Assembly: GCA_041736305.1 (NCBI GenBank)
Contig: JBGSTX010000096.1
Coordinates: 1 to 38,035, forward strand
Direction: 5' to 3'
From: Oligoflexus sp.
GTDB lineage: Bacteria > Bdellovibrionota_B > Oligoflexia > Oligoflexales > Oligoflexaceae
DNA length: 38,035 bases
Position numbers and translations under genes: made by a program
Shown here: piece after piece, positions 1 through 9,175 of the stretch
How positions within the stretch are numbered: position 1 is the first letter of the stretch
Layout of the letters: each line of letters opens with the position of its first letter
Notes under the pieces: model-generated
What the model saw: only the letters and a program-made list of their open reading frames with translations
What the model was told of the DNA's origin: nothing
The model's database searches: none

Positions 1-180
1 GCTGCGATTGCAGGAGCGGCCAGCGAACTCGAGCCAGTGCTGGCTTCCCAGCCTCTGATCTATATGGCGGGCGAAGGCCATGCTCTCGATGCGCTCGAAA
101 CCTGGCTTTTGGAGCGTGGACAGCCAGGGGAATTGATACGAAAAGAAAGTTTTTTCCGGCGAAACTATTCGCCAGCTTGA
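1..180 (+). CDS. 3' end of a probable ferredoxin-NADP reductase (FNR)-like FAD/NAD(P)H oxidoreductase (partial, runs off window)
   Basis: Frame 1 is open from base 1 to TGA at 178-180 and reads ...IYMAGEGHALDALETWLLERGQPGELIRKESFF..., resembling the FNR-family C-terminal pattern Y-x-(C/A)-G...L...G.....I..E.F. It ends 9 bp before cbiD. Confidence 0.5.
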   Translation, partial: AAIAGAASELEPVLASQPLIYMAGEGHALDALETWLLERGQPGELIRKESFFRRNYSPA

Positions 181-189
181 GGAGACGGC

Positions 190-1311
190 GTGCAAGCTCA
201 GGATGGAGCCAAGCTTAGAACGGGATTTACCACCGGTGCCTGCGCAGCCGCAGCGACGCGCGCAGCGGCGCGCTTATTTATGCGGGGCCCGAAAGCTCCT
301 CTTGCGTTAGCTTGTATCGACAGCATCCTCCCTAATAAGCAGGAGGTGCGCTTTGCCTTGCAGCTCTGTGAGTGGCAAGGCGATGCCACTGTTTGCAGCA
401 TCATCAAAGATGGCGGCGACGATCCAGATTGTACCCATGGCGCTGAAATCATAGCGCGTGTCAAACTCCTCCGCGAGACAGACGCTGTGGAAATCGTTGG
501 CGGCGTCGGTGTCGCGCGTGTGACGAAGCCTGGACTTGGCTTGGTCGTCGGTACTTCGGCTATCAATCCTGTTCCTCGGCAGAACATTGAGGAAATGCTG
601 CGTTTGGAAATTAGTGGCAGTCCCTACCGTGGAGCATGGATAGAAATCAGCTGTCCCGATGGAGAAGAAAGAGCCAAAAAAACTTTGAACGCTCGCCTCG
701 GTCTCCTCGGTGGCATTTCGATTCTGGGTACGACGGGAATCGTCCTGCCTTACTCGACTTCGGCCTTTATCGCCAGCGTGATTCAAGCCATTCAACTGGC
801 AAAGGCAGATGGCGACCAAGCCCTCGTCTTCACCACGGGCGGCCGCTCCGAGCAGTATGCGATGAAACTCTTGCCGCATTTACCGGAGAGTGCCTTCATT
901 CAAGTCGGAGACTACGTTGGAATCGGACTGCGGCACGCGGTGCGCAACGGCATCAAACGCGTCTATATCGTGGCTATGATGGGCAAGCTTTCGAAGATGG
1001 CCGATGGCCGAATGATGACGCATGCGTCGGCCTCCGAAGTGAACATGGAGCTTCTCGCGCGCCTAGCCTCGAGTCTAGGAGCCACTGCCGAGCAGATCGA
1101 TGAAATAAAAGGGGCGAATACAGCGCGGCACGTTCTCGAGATTTGTCAGAAACACAGCCTCATGGAAATGCCAAATCTCATCTGCCAGAAGACCAAGGAA
1201 ATCTGTCAGAAATTTGCCCGAGAGCCGCTTGATGTCGAGGTAACTATGGTCGATTTCAACGGCACCGTGCTCGGTACCGACCGACCGCCAGTAGCAGAAG
1301 GAAAAAACTGA
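190..1311 (+). CDS. cbiD: Cobalt-precorrin-5B C1-methyltransferase
   Basis: Motifs LRTGFTTGACAAAA, KDGGDDPDCTHG, GVARVTKPGL, AINPVPR, KTLNARLGLLGGISILGTTGIV. GTG start with GGAG upstream. Confidence 0.96.
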   Translation: MQAQDGAKLRTGFTTGACAAAATRAAARLFMRGPKAPLALACIDSILPNKQEVRFALQLCEWQGDATVCSIIKDGGDDPDCTHGAEIIARVKLLRETDAVEIVGGVGVARVTKPGLGLVVGTSAINPVPRQNIEEMLRLEISGSPYRGAWIEISCPDGEERAKKTLNARLGLLGGISILGTTGIVLPYSTSAFIASVIQAIQLAKADGDQALVFTTGGRSEQYAMKLLPHLPESAFIQVGDYVGIGLRHAVRNGIKRVYIVAMMGKLSKMADGRMMTHASASEVNMELLARLASSLGATAEQIDEIKGANTARHVLEICQKHSLMEMPNLICQKTKEICQKFAREPLDVEVTMVDFNGTVLGTDRPPVAEGKN

Positions 1312-1961
1312 TGAACGATATGCGCCAAATGACTGATATGGGACGCCGCATCGAAGAAGACAGCTTTGCGATCATCGATGTAGAAGCCGGTTTTCATGGC
1401 CATGAACCCGAGGCCTGGCAAATCGTGCGTCGGGTGATTCATGCTACGGCAGACTTTGAATTCAAGGATTTGACCGTCGTCCAGCCGAACGCAATCGAGG
1501 CGGGACGCGAGGCTTTGCTGCGCGGCTGTCCTTTCATACTCGATGTGAAAATGATTCAAGTCGGTCTCAATGAAGATAGGCTCAACTATTTCGGCTGTCA
1601 TAGCTATAGCCATATCTCGGATGCCGATGTTATCGCTCGAGCCAAGCAAAACAACAGCACGCGCGCGATCGAAGCGATGCGCAAAGCTCATCAGCTCGGG
1701 CTGCTCGATGGCGCTATAGTCGCGGTCGGCAACGCGCCCACAGCCCTGCTCGAAATCGTCCGCCTTTACGAAGAAGAAAAGGTTCGCCCTGCTTTGGTCA
1801 TAGGGGTTCCCGTCGGTTTCGTATCGGCGGCGGAATCAAAAGAAGCTCTGCTGCAGAGCGGTCTCCCAGCTATCGTCACGCGAGGCCGGAAAGGTGGAAG
1901 TACCATCGCCGTCGCCATGATTCACGCCCTCATGTCTCTCACCGTCGGGGGCAAGATATGA
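1311..1961 (+). CDS. cbiC: Precorrin-8X / cobalt-precorrin-8 methylmutase
   Basis: Motifs IEEDSFAII, RVIHATADF, VGNAPTAL, GVPVGFVSAAESKE, GRKGGS. TGATG coupling with cbiD. Confidence 0.96.
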   Translation: MNDMRQMTDMGRRIEEDSFAIIDVEAGFHGHEPEAWQIVRRVIHATADFEFKDLTVVQPNAIEAGREALLRGCPFILDVKMIQVGLNEDRLNYFGCHSYSHISDADVIARAKQNNSTRAIEAMRKAHQLGLLDGAIVAVGNAPTALLEIVRLYEEEKVRPALVIGVPVGFVSAAESKEALLQSGLPAIVTRGRKGGSTIAVAMIHALMSLTVGGKI

Positions 1962-3214
1962 AGCAGTGTGCGGTCACCATTATTGGAATAGGCGAGGACG
2001 GCTGCCTCGGGCTCTCAGCGCGGGCTTTTCATGCGATAGCACGATCGCAGGTATTGGTCGGAGCCGAACGAACCTTGGCTTTTTTTCCGGACTTTGGTGG
2101 CCAAAAGCGGGTGCTGGGATCAAAGCTGAAAGCTTCGCTAGAAGATCTCGTGGCGCTAGCGGACGAGCATCACATCAGTGTGCTCGCATCGGGCGACCCG
2201 CTTTTCTTTGGTATAGGCAGTCTAGCCCTTAAGGTTTTCGGAAGTGAGCACGTCGGCTTCATCCCTCATCTTTCTTCGATTCAACTGGCCTTTGCCGCCG
2301 CAAAAATTCCATGGGCCGATGCGAGGCTTCTCTCGGTCCACGGACGTAGCATAGAAGGGCTAGTGAACAATCTTAGGCACTGCCGCAAGGCGGCGCTGCT
2401 TACTGATCCAGAGAACAGCCCGCAGCGCATAGCCCAGCATCTGCTGGAGTATAACGATACCCAGTGGCGTGCGACCCTCTGTGAGCATCTTGCTGGGGCG
2501 GGCGAACGCGTGCGCTCACTCGATCTTGATTCCCTGGCGAGCCTCAGTGATACGGGAGATTTGAACGTACTCATCCTCGAACGAGCGGCGAGCTGGTCGC
2601 AGCCGACGCGGCTGCCCTACGCTAAGGAAGAGGATTTTGCCCGCCGCATGCCGAAGCTCGGCCTCATCACCAAACGTGAAATTAGAATCCTTTCTCTGGC
2701 CGCGCTCCATATTCGCGAGGCGAGTGTAGTCTGGGACATCGGCGCCGGCTCAGGAGCCATATCGATCGAAGCAGCTCAGCTAGCTCCCTTGGGACGCGTT
2801 TATGCGATCGAATGCGATCCTGAAGGTCAGGACATCTGCGCAGCAAATATTAAACAGTTCGGCGCTGACAACGTTCGTCTCATCGCGGGCCTAGCTCCCG
2901 CTGCCTGCGAAGGGCTCGAAGAGCCTGACGCCGTATTTGTCGGTGGCAGCAAAGGGGCTCTGCGCGACATTATCAAGCTGGCTTGGGAAAAACTGCGTCC
3001 CGGCGGCAGTATGGTCGTCAATGCTATCACCCTCGAGAACGTTTCCCAGGCCATTCAGAGTTTCAGTGAGCTGAAGCTAGCCTACGATATGCAACTGGTT
3101 CAGGTATCGCGGAGTGTACCACTGGCAGGTAAGTATCATCGCTATGAAGCGTTGAATCCCATCCATATCTTCTCCCTCGTCAAAGAAAGGAATGAGGTCG
3201 ATGCAACTCGGTAA
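1958..3214 (+). CDS. cbiET: Bifunctional cobalt-precorrin-7 C5-methyltransferase / C15-methyltransferase (decarboxylating), CbiET/CobL type
   Basis: N-terminal IIGIGEDG, LASGDPLFFGIG, SVHGR. C-terminal ITKREIR, WDIGAGSGAISIE, PDAVFVGGS. ATGA overlap with cbiC. Confidence 0.94.
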   Translation: MKQCAVTIIGIGEDGCLGLSARAFHAIARSQVLVGAERTLAFFPDFGGQKRVLGSKLKASLEDLVALADEHHISVLASGDPLFFGIGSLALKVFGSEHVGFIPHLSSIQLAFAAAKIPWADARLLSVHGRSIEGLVNNLRHCRKAALLTDPENSPQRIAQHLLEYNDTQWRATLCEHLAGAGERVRSLDLDSLASLSDTGDLNVLILERAASWSQPTRLPYAKEEDFARRMPKLGLITKREIRILSLAALHIREASVVWDIGAGSGAISIEAAQLAPLGRVYAIECDPEGQDICAANIKQFGADNVRLIAGLAPAACEGLEEPDAVFVGGSKGALRDIIKLAWEKLRPGGSMVVNAITLENVSQAIQSFSELKLAYDMQLVQVSRSVPLAGKYHRYEALNPIHIFSLVKERNEVDATR

Positions 3215-3974
3215 GCTTTATGGAATAGGGGTTGGTCCAGGTGCGCCGGATCTCATCACTGTGAGAGCCCTGCGTTTGCTGCAGGATCTGCCGGTGCTCG
3301 CCGTGCCCCGACCTAACCCTTATAGCCCGTCGTTGGCTTTTCGCATTATCGAATCGCATCTGCTGGCCGGACCGCAGCGGCATCTCTTCTTGGAATTCCC
3401 TATGACCAAGGATCCGGATATTCTGGGTCCCGCTTGGGAAAAAGCCTTTCGCGCGATCGAAGGCGAACTGCTCGCGGGTCGGGATATCGGCTTCGTTACG
3501 CAGGGTGATCCCTTCACCTATTCGACTTTTATCTATGTTTTTGAATCGCTCAAAGAAAAATACCCGGAACTCGTCATCGAAGTCGTACCGGGCGTGAGTT
3601 CGATCGCTGCCGTACCCATGGCGGCTGGAGTTCCCCTGGTGGATGGGCAAGAGCGTCTAGCGGTCATCCCAGCCAGCTACGGTCTGCAGGATCTTTCGGG
3701 AATTCTACGGGGCTTCGATACCATCGTCCTAATGAAGGTCTCTTCGATTATGGAACCCCTCATCGACTTGCTCGAAGCCGAGGGTCTCCTCGAATGCGCC
3801 TACTACGTCGAGCGGGCGACGACCGATGAACAGCGCATTGTGCGCAACCTGAGAGATCTGCGCGGCAATCGCTGCATCTATTTCTCGATGGTCGTCGTGG
3901 CGAAGAAGCATCGCAGTGGAGTCCTGCGCGGACGGGCCGTGGAAGCTGTGGGAATGACGGGAGGTGCCCTGTGA
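3201..3974 (+). CDS. cbiL: Precorrin-2 / cobalt-factor II C20-methyltransferase
   Basis: GKLYGIGVGPGAPDLIT, FPMTKD, GDPFTYSTF, VPGVSS, LMKV, YFS. ATG 3201 preferred over 3192 because GAGG lies at 3194-3197. Confidence 0.93.
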   Translation: MQLGKLYGIGVGPGAPDLITVRALRLLQDLPVLAVPRPNPYSPSLAFRIIESHLLAGPQRHLFLEFPMTKDPDILGPAWEKAFRAIEGELLAGRDIGFVTQGDPFTYSTFIYVFESLKEKYPELVIEVVPGVSSIAAVPMAAGVPLVDGQERLAVIPASYGLQDLSGILRGFDTIVLMKVSSIMEPLIDLLEAEGLLECAYYVERATTDEQRIVRNLRDLRGNRCIYFSMVVVAKKHRSGVLRGRAVEAVGMTGGAL

Positions 3975-5098
3975 GCGAGTCAGCAGCTCGAAAACCTTGC
4001 GCCGTCTATGTGATTACCAAGCACGGACTGACTCTCGGCAAAAAGCTCAAAGATGCTCTGCCTGAGATTGATCTCTTCGTGTCGGAGAAGGTCGCTCCTC
4101 AAGCTGATGAAAGCATCATCCGTTGCGGTCTGCCTTTGACCCCATTGCTAGCCAAAGAGTTCACTCGTTATGAAGCGCACGTCTTCATCATCAGCGTCGG
4201 CGCTGTAGTGAGGATGATAGCCCCTTTTATCAAAGATAAAAAAGTAGATCCGGCGGTAGTCTGCGTCGACGACACCGGCCGCTATGCGGTGGCTCTGCTT
4301 TCAGGGCACGTCGGCCGCGGCAACGAGTGGACCGATCGAGTCGCTGAGATACTCAATGCAGCTCCGGTTATCACGACAGCCTCGGACGTACAGGGGACCC
4401 TGACCGTCGATATTTTAGGTCGGGGATTAGGCTGGGTTCTAGACGATCACGATCGCCTCGTGACACAGGCCTGCGCCGCAGTTGTCAATGAAAGACCGGT
4501 CATGATTATCCAGGAAACGGGAGAGCCCAATTTCTGGCCCCTCGCGAAGGCCTGGCCAGCAGGCGTGCACTATCAGCGAGACTGGCGAGGGATTCAGCCT
4601 GAAGACTGGGAAATGCTCTTGATCGTATCGGACCGTGATATCGCGCGCATTCATCCGGAGGCTCTGGAGAAGGGTATTATCTATCGACCCAAGAGTCTGG
4701 TCCTCGGACTCGGCTGCGACCGAGGAACCCCAGCGGATCTCATAGAACGAGGCGTGCTGGCCATGCTCGAAGAATTCCAACTTTCTTGGAAATCAGTGGC
4801 GGGGATCGCGAGTGTCGATCTTAAAGCTGATGAAGAAGGCCTGCTCGCTCTCAGTCAGAAGTATAGCTGGCCCTTTCATACCTATCCCGCAGCCGAGCTC
4901 GACAGTGTAGCAGGTATCAGTATTCCTTCGGAAACAGTCAAAGCTTTTACGGGGACTCGATCGGTATCGGAAGCCTCGTGTCTAAGAGCAGCTGGCGCCA
5001 GCAGTCTCCTCGTACCGAAGCAGAAGTATCGCGAAGCCGGAGTCCAGGGAACTATGACCTTTGCCGTAGCACGTCGTCCATTCCCGGCGCGCGGCTGA
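3971..5098 (+). CDS. cbiG: Cobalt-precorrin-5A hydrolase
   Basis: GAVVRMIAP, DKKVDPAVVCVDD, LLSGHVGRGN, PVITTASD, LVLGLGCDRG, SVDLKADEEGL, SVSEAS. Confidence 0.94.
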   Translation: MSESAARKPCAVYVITKHGLTLGKKLKDALPEIDLFVSEKVAPQADESIIRCGLPLTPLLAKEFTRYEAHVFIISVGAVVRMIAPFIKDKKVDPAVVCVDDTGRYAVALLSGHVGRGNEWTDRVAEILNAAPVITTASDVQGTLTVDILGRGLGWVLDDHDRLVTQACAAVVNERPVMIIQETGEPNFWPLAKAWPAGVHYQRDWRGIQPEDWEMLLIVSDRDIARIHPEALEKGIIYRPKSLVLGLGCDRGTPADLIERGVLAMLEEFQLSWKSVAGIASVDLKADEEGLLALSQKYSWPFHTYPAAELDSVAGISIPSETVKAFTGTRSVSEASCLRAAGASSLLVPKQKYREAGVQGTMTFAVARRPFPARG

Positions 5099-5113
5099 AA
5101 AGGAAAAAGATTT

Positions 5114-5977
5114 ATGAGCGGAGAAAAAGGCAAGCTGTGGATCGTCGGCATTGGACCGGGAGCCCACGACCTCATCGCCCCGAGAGCTTTAAAGGCCCTC
5201 GAAGAAGCCGAGCTGGTCGTCGGATACCAAACCTATATGTCCCTCGTCCGCAAGCTGATCAAAGGCAAGGACAAGATTCGCACGGGGATGACCGAAGAGA
5301 TAGGACGCGCACGCTCGGCTGTTATAGCCGCTCAGGAAGGGCGCAAGGTAGCGGTCATATCGTCTGGAGATTCTGGGGTCTATGGTATGGGTTGCCTTAT
5401 TTTTGAGGTTCTGCGGGAAATAGGTTGGAAAGAAGGTGATAGTCCCGATGTTACCATGGTACCCGGCATCACGGCTCTCAACTCTTGCGCCTCGCTCGTC
5501 GGTGCGCCCCTAGGCCACGATTCCTGCATGATCTCGCTGAGCGATCTGCTCACCCCTTGGGAGGTCATCGAGAAACGGATTCAAGGGGCAGCCATGGCTG
5601 ACTTTGTTATCGCTTTCTACAATCCGGCGAGCGGACGTCGTCAGCGGCAGATTCAAAGGGCGCGAGAAATCCTGCTCGAGCACAGAGAGCCGACAACGCC
5701 CGTAGCTCTAGTGAAAAGTGCTTACCGGGCGCGGCAGGAGATTGTTCATACCGATCTCGACGGCATGTTGGACTATGAAATCGGCATGCTGACGACTGTT
5801 ATCGTCGGCTCTACGCAGAGCTATCGCTACGAAGGTCGCATCGTTACACCGCGCGGATATAAAAATAAATACCTGCTGGCCGATGGCGCTACTCTGCCTG
5901 GCCAGACCCCTGGATTTAGCCTAAATACCGAGCCCCTGCGGGAGGTACAGAGACCATGGCTCACATCGGACGTTTAG
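5114..5977 (+). CDS. cbiH: Precorrin-3B / cobalt-factor III C17-methyltransferase
   Basis: VGIGPG, SSGDSGVYGM, PGITA, GAPLGHD, SLSDLLTPWEVIEKR, FYNPAS, TPRGY. Confidence 0.96.
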   Translation: MSGEKGKLWIVGIGPGAHDLIAPRALKALEEAELVVGYQTYMSLVRKLIKGKDKIRTGMTEEIGRARSAVIAAQEGRKVAVISSGDSGVYGMGCLIFEVLREIGWKEGDSPDVTMVPGITALNSCASLVGAPLGHDSCMISLSDLLTPWEVIEKRIQGAAMADFVIAFYNPASGRRQRQIQRAREILLEHREPTTPVALVKSAYRARQEIVHTDLDGMLDYEIGMLTTVIVGSTQSYRYEGRIVTPRGYKNKYLLADGATLPGQTPGFSLNTEPLREVQRPWLTSDV

Positions 5978-6363
5978 CGGGAGCGATCCTCGCGCAAAGC
6001 GAAGATCGCTTCTATCTCATCGGCGACTGCAAGGTTCCTTGCGATTTTGAAGCCGAAGGATTCATGCCGCCGCCTGCCGACAGGCAGGTGCTGCAGCAGC
6101 CCTATATTGCGCTCGAAGCCTTGCGTGCCCATAGCCCTAAGACGCCAGGCCTGATATGCGAGCTCGAAGGCGAGCGCCTGGCTCAGAAACTGGTCGATAG
6201 TTTTTTGATTTTTCGCAATGGGTCCGTCAGCGAAAGACTGTGGCGTTACGTTATGAGCCAGAGTCGAGAAAAAGAAGCGGGTTTATACGATGTAAACTGG
6301 TTGATGCAAATCCCGCACGGAGTCTGGGATATGGTGCGCGATCAGATTCTACGCTGCAGTTAA
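5956..6363 (+). CDS. Hypothetical protein embedded in the cbi operon between cbiH and cbiF
   Basis: 135-aa ORF overlapping the cbiH stop by 22 bp, GGAGG upstream, fills the gap up to cbiF. Four Cys including CKVPC. No family recognised. Confidence 0.75.
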   Translation: MAHIGRLAGAILAQSEDRFYLIGDCKVPCDFEAEGFMPPPADRQVLQQPYIALEALRAHSPKTPGLICELEGERLAQKLVDSFLIFRNGSVSERLWRYVMSQSREKEAGLYDVNWLMQIPHGVWDMVRDQILRCS

Positions 6364-6382
6364 AAGCATAGGGGGAACACAG

Positions 6383-7165
6383 ATGAAAGTTTATATTATT
6401 GGTGCGGGACCCGGGGATCCGGAACTGATCACCGTGCGTGGACAGAGATTGATTGCGAGCTGCCCGATCGTTATCTATACGGGCTCTTTGGTGCCCAAAG
6501 AAGTGCTGCACAACGCTAGGCCGGACGCTCTCGTCATAGATTCTTCCTCGCTGACTTTAGATCAAATTATGGAACATATCGCTGCAGCCAAGGCGCAGAA
6601 TCTGGATGTGGCCCGCGTCCATACCGGCGATCCGACGATCTATGGTTCTACAGCCGAACAGATGCGCTGCATGCGTGCTATCGGCGTCGAATACGAAGTG
6701 ATACCAGGCGTCTCCTCTTACGCAGCCTCGGCCGCTGCTTTAAAGCAGGAGTTGACCCTCCCCGAGCTTTCACAGACCATCATCATCAGCCGCTGCGAAG
6801 GTCGGACGCCGATGCCGGAAAAAGAGCAGCTCGAAGACCTCGCTCGCCATCAGGCAACCCTGGTCCTCTTTCTCAGCATCACGATGATACGCAAAATCAC
6901 GCGGCAGTTGGCTCCCATCTACGGTGCGGATTGTCCGGTCGCCGTGGTCTACCGCGCTTCGTGGCCGGATCAGCAGATTATCCGTGGGACTCTGGAAGAT
7001 ATTACTAAGAAGGTGAGCGAAGCTCGCATCACCAGTCAATCGATTATTATCATCGGCCGCGTCCTCGGCGCGGAGGACTTCGCTGTTTCGCGCTTATATG
7101 CAGCAGACTTTACGCATGGCTTCCGCAAGGCGACCGAACCCGTGGCCCCCGAGACCCTCTTATGA
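6383..7165 (+). CDS. cbiF: Cobalt-precorrin-4 C11-methyltransferase
   Basis: GAGPGDPELITVRG, YTGSLV, RVHTGDPTIYG, EQM, ELTLPELSQT, GRTPMPEKE, RASWPD, SRLYAADFTHGFR. Confidence 0.97.
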   Translation: MKVYIIGAGPGDPELITVRGQRLIASCPIVIYTGSLVPKEVLHNARPDALVIDSSSLTLDQIMEHIAAAKAQNLDVARVHTGDPTIYGSTAEQMRCMRAIGVEYEVIPGVSSYAASAAALKQELTLPELSQTIIISRCEGRTPMPEKEQLEDLARHQATLVLFLSITMIRKITRQLAPIYGADCPVAVVYRASWPDQQIIRGTLEDITKKVSEARITSQSIIIIGRVLGAEDFAVSRLYAADFTHGFRKATEPVAPETLL

Positions 7166-8703
7166 AGAAGAAGGCTGGACACGTCTATCTCGTTGGAGCG
7201 GGACCTGGTCCAGCCGATCTTCTCACGGTTAGAGCCAGATCGCTGCTGAGAAAGGCTCAGGTTCTCGCGTATGATGATCTAGTTCATCCTTCGATGCTCG
7301 AGCTTGTGAGTCCATTGTGCGAATTGCTACCGATCGGTTATCGTGCTGGAACGCAGCATGATCGTCCGCCTCCTCTGCATCCGGAAGTTTTGGCGCGAGC
7401 ACAGGCCGGGGCTCTCGTCGTACGCTTGAAGTCTGGCGATCCTATGATATTTGGGCGAGGAGGAGAAGAAGCGGCTGCTCTGGCGTCCGCGGATATTCCC
7501 TATACTATCGTTCCAGGGATAACGGCCGCTTTAGCAGCGGCCGCCTCCTGTCGCCTGCCTCTGACTTGGCGAGGGCTGAGCGCCGAACTTCGTATTACGA
7601 CGCAATCGACGCGGGCGAAGCCGCAGCAGCTTGGGCCTAACTGCACCTGGGCCCTTTATATGCCTCGGCACGCTGTGCGTGCGTTCACAGAGCAGCTGCT
7701 ACTCGAAGGCTGTTCTCGCCATATGCCGGCAGCTTTCATCATAGCTGCAGCTCTGCCCGAAGAACGCTGTATCGAAAGTCGGCTCGGTGAGCTAGCCGAT
7801 GCAGTCGAGACTCATACCTCAGAATTGCCGGGACTGGTGCTCATCGGGGAGTCGCTGCGCGGTTCGCCTCATTTATCTCAAGCAGAAAAAGTTCAGCTGC
7901 CTTTGCGCGGAAGTCGCGTTTTAATTGCCAGAGCAAGCGCGGGCCCCTCGCGACTCGGGGTGCTTCTGAAGAAACTGGGAGCGGATGCCTGGGAGGGACC
8001 TTGGATCCAAAGCCTGCCTTTGAGCTGCGAACCTGAGGAACTCTTGCTCGCCTTAGAAGAGGCCCAATGGATCGCCGTACCGAGCGCGAGCGCTTGGCGT
8101 GGATTCCTCAAGCAGCTCGCCACTTACGGGCTCGATCTCAGAGCGTTAGCGGGACGTCGGCTCATTGCGTTTGCTGAGGTGCAAGAAGTCTTCCGTAAGC
8201 AGTTTATTAAGCCGGATTTTGCGATTTCTCACCAGCGGCAACTATTGAATGAGTGGCCTGCAATGTGTCGGGGCAGGGGCATGGTTCTGGCGGCCAGCGA
8301 CGAGGGTGAGTCGATCATCGCGCGACTCGAAACCCTCCGCGTTCCAGCGCGGCTGCATAGCACGGCGCGGCTTGTGCTGCAGTATCCACGCTTATCTCAA
8401 CCGGCGCCTGACTTCATCATCATCCCCCACCGCAAAGCTCTGCGTTTACTCTTTGACGACGCAGACTACTGTCAGCAATTGAAGAAGATCCCGGTGATTG
8501 CACTCGGTGAGCAGCTCGCCGCCGATGCCAGAGCCTTAGGCTGCTCGGAAGTGATGGCAGCTCCGATTCAGAATCTCGACGAGGCAGCGGCTTTCATCAT
8601 CGATTTATGGGAAACACGAGCGAGCGAAAGCGAAAGGCAGGCAGAACTAGATGGAAGAGCAGAAGGGTCTCCTCATACTCTATACGGGACAGGGCAAAGG
8701 TAA
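7162..8703 (+). CDS. cobA: Uroporphyrinogen-III C-methyltransferase (SUMT) fused to a divergent HemD-like domain
   Basis: VYLVGAGPGPADLLT, YDDLV, VRLKSGDPMIFGRGGEE, VPGITAA. The second half begins PLRGSRVLIAR, like the start of HemD domains in CobA-HemD fusions. Confidence 0.82.
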   Translation: MKKKAGHVYLVGAGPGPADLLTVRARSLLRKAQVLAYDDLVHPSMLELVSPLCELLPIGYRAGTQHDRPPPLHPEVLARAQAGALVVRLKSGDPMIFGRGGEEAAALASADIPYTIVPGITAALAAAASCRLPLTWRGLSAELRITTQSTRAKPQQLGPNCTWALYMPRHAVRAFTEQLLLEGCSRHMPAAFIIAAALPEERCIESRLGELADAVETHTSELPGLVLIGESLRGSPHLSQAEKVQLPLRGSRVLIARASAGPSRLGVLLKKLGADAWEGPWIQSLPLSCEPEELLLALEEAQWIAVPSASAWRGFLKQLATYGLDLRALAGRRLIAFAEVQEVFRKQFIKPDFAISHQRQLLNEWPAMCRGRGMVLAASDEGESIIARLETLRVPARLHSTARLVLQYPRLSQPAPDFIIIPHRKALRLLFDDADYCQQLKKIPVIALGEQLAADARALGCSEVMAAPIQNLDEAAAFIIDLWETRASESERQAELDGRAEGSPHTLYGTGQR

Positions 8704-9175
8704 AACAACAGCGGCATTCGGCATGGCCTACAGGGCGATGGGGCGAGGCTGGCGAGTAGGGGTGGTGCAGTACATCAAGGGCAAATGGATGACCGGAGAA
8801 AGACTCTTCTCCGAAAAACAGCCTCTGCTCGACCTCTATGTTATGGGCCAGGGCTTCACCTGGGAAAGCGCCGACCTCAGTCGCGATCAGGCGGCGGCGC
8901 AGGCGGCTTGGCAGCGCAGCTGTGAGCTCATACAGGGAGGGCAGTATCCGCTGATCATTCTCGATGAGATCACCTACGCGCTGCATTATGGTTGGTTGCC
9001 CTTAGCTGAGGTGCGCGGTGTCCTTCACGAGCGTCCTTCTCACGTCACCGTGGTCCTTACAGGGCGACATGCTCCTCAAGAACTGATCGATGATGCCGAT
9101 TGCGTGACGGATATGCAGGTGGTGAAGCATCCTTATCAGCAAGGGCGCGCTGCGCTTAAAGGAGTCGATTTCTGA
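8651..9175 (+). CDS. cobO: Cob(I)yrinic acid a,c-diamide adenosyltransferase (CobO/BtuR)
   Basis: YTGQGKGKTTAAFG, VQYIKG, GFTW, ILDE, VLTGR, KHPY, GVDF. Confidence 0.96.
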   Translation: MEEQKGLLILYTGQGKGKTTAAFGMAYRAMGRGWRVGVVQYIKGKWMTGERLFSEKQPLLDLYVMGQGFTWESADLSRDQAAAQAAWQRSCELIQGGQYPLIILDEITYALHYGWLPLAEVRGVLHERPSHVTVVLTGRHAPQELIDDADCVTDMQVVKHPYQQGRAALKGVDF

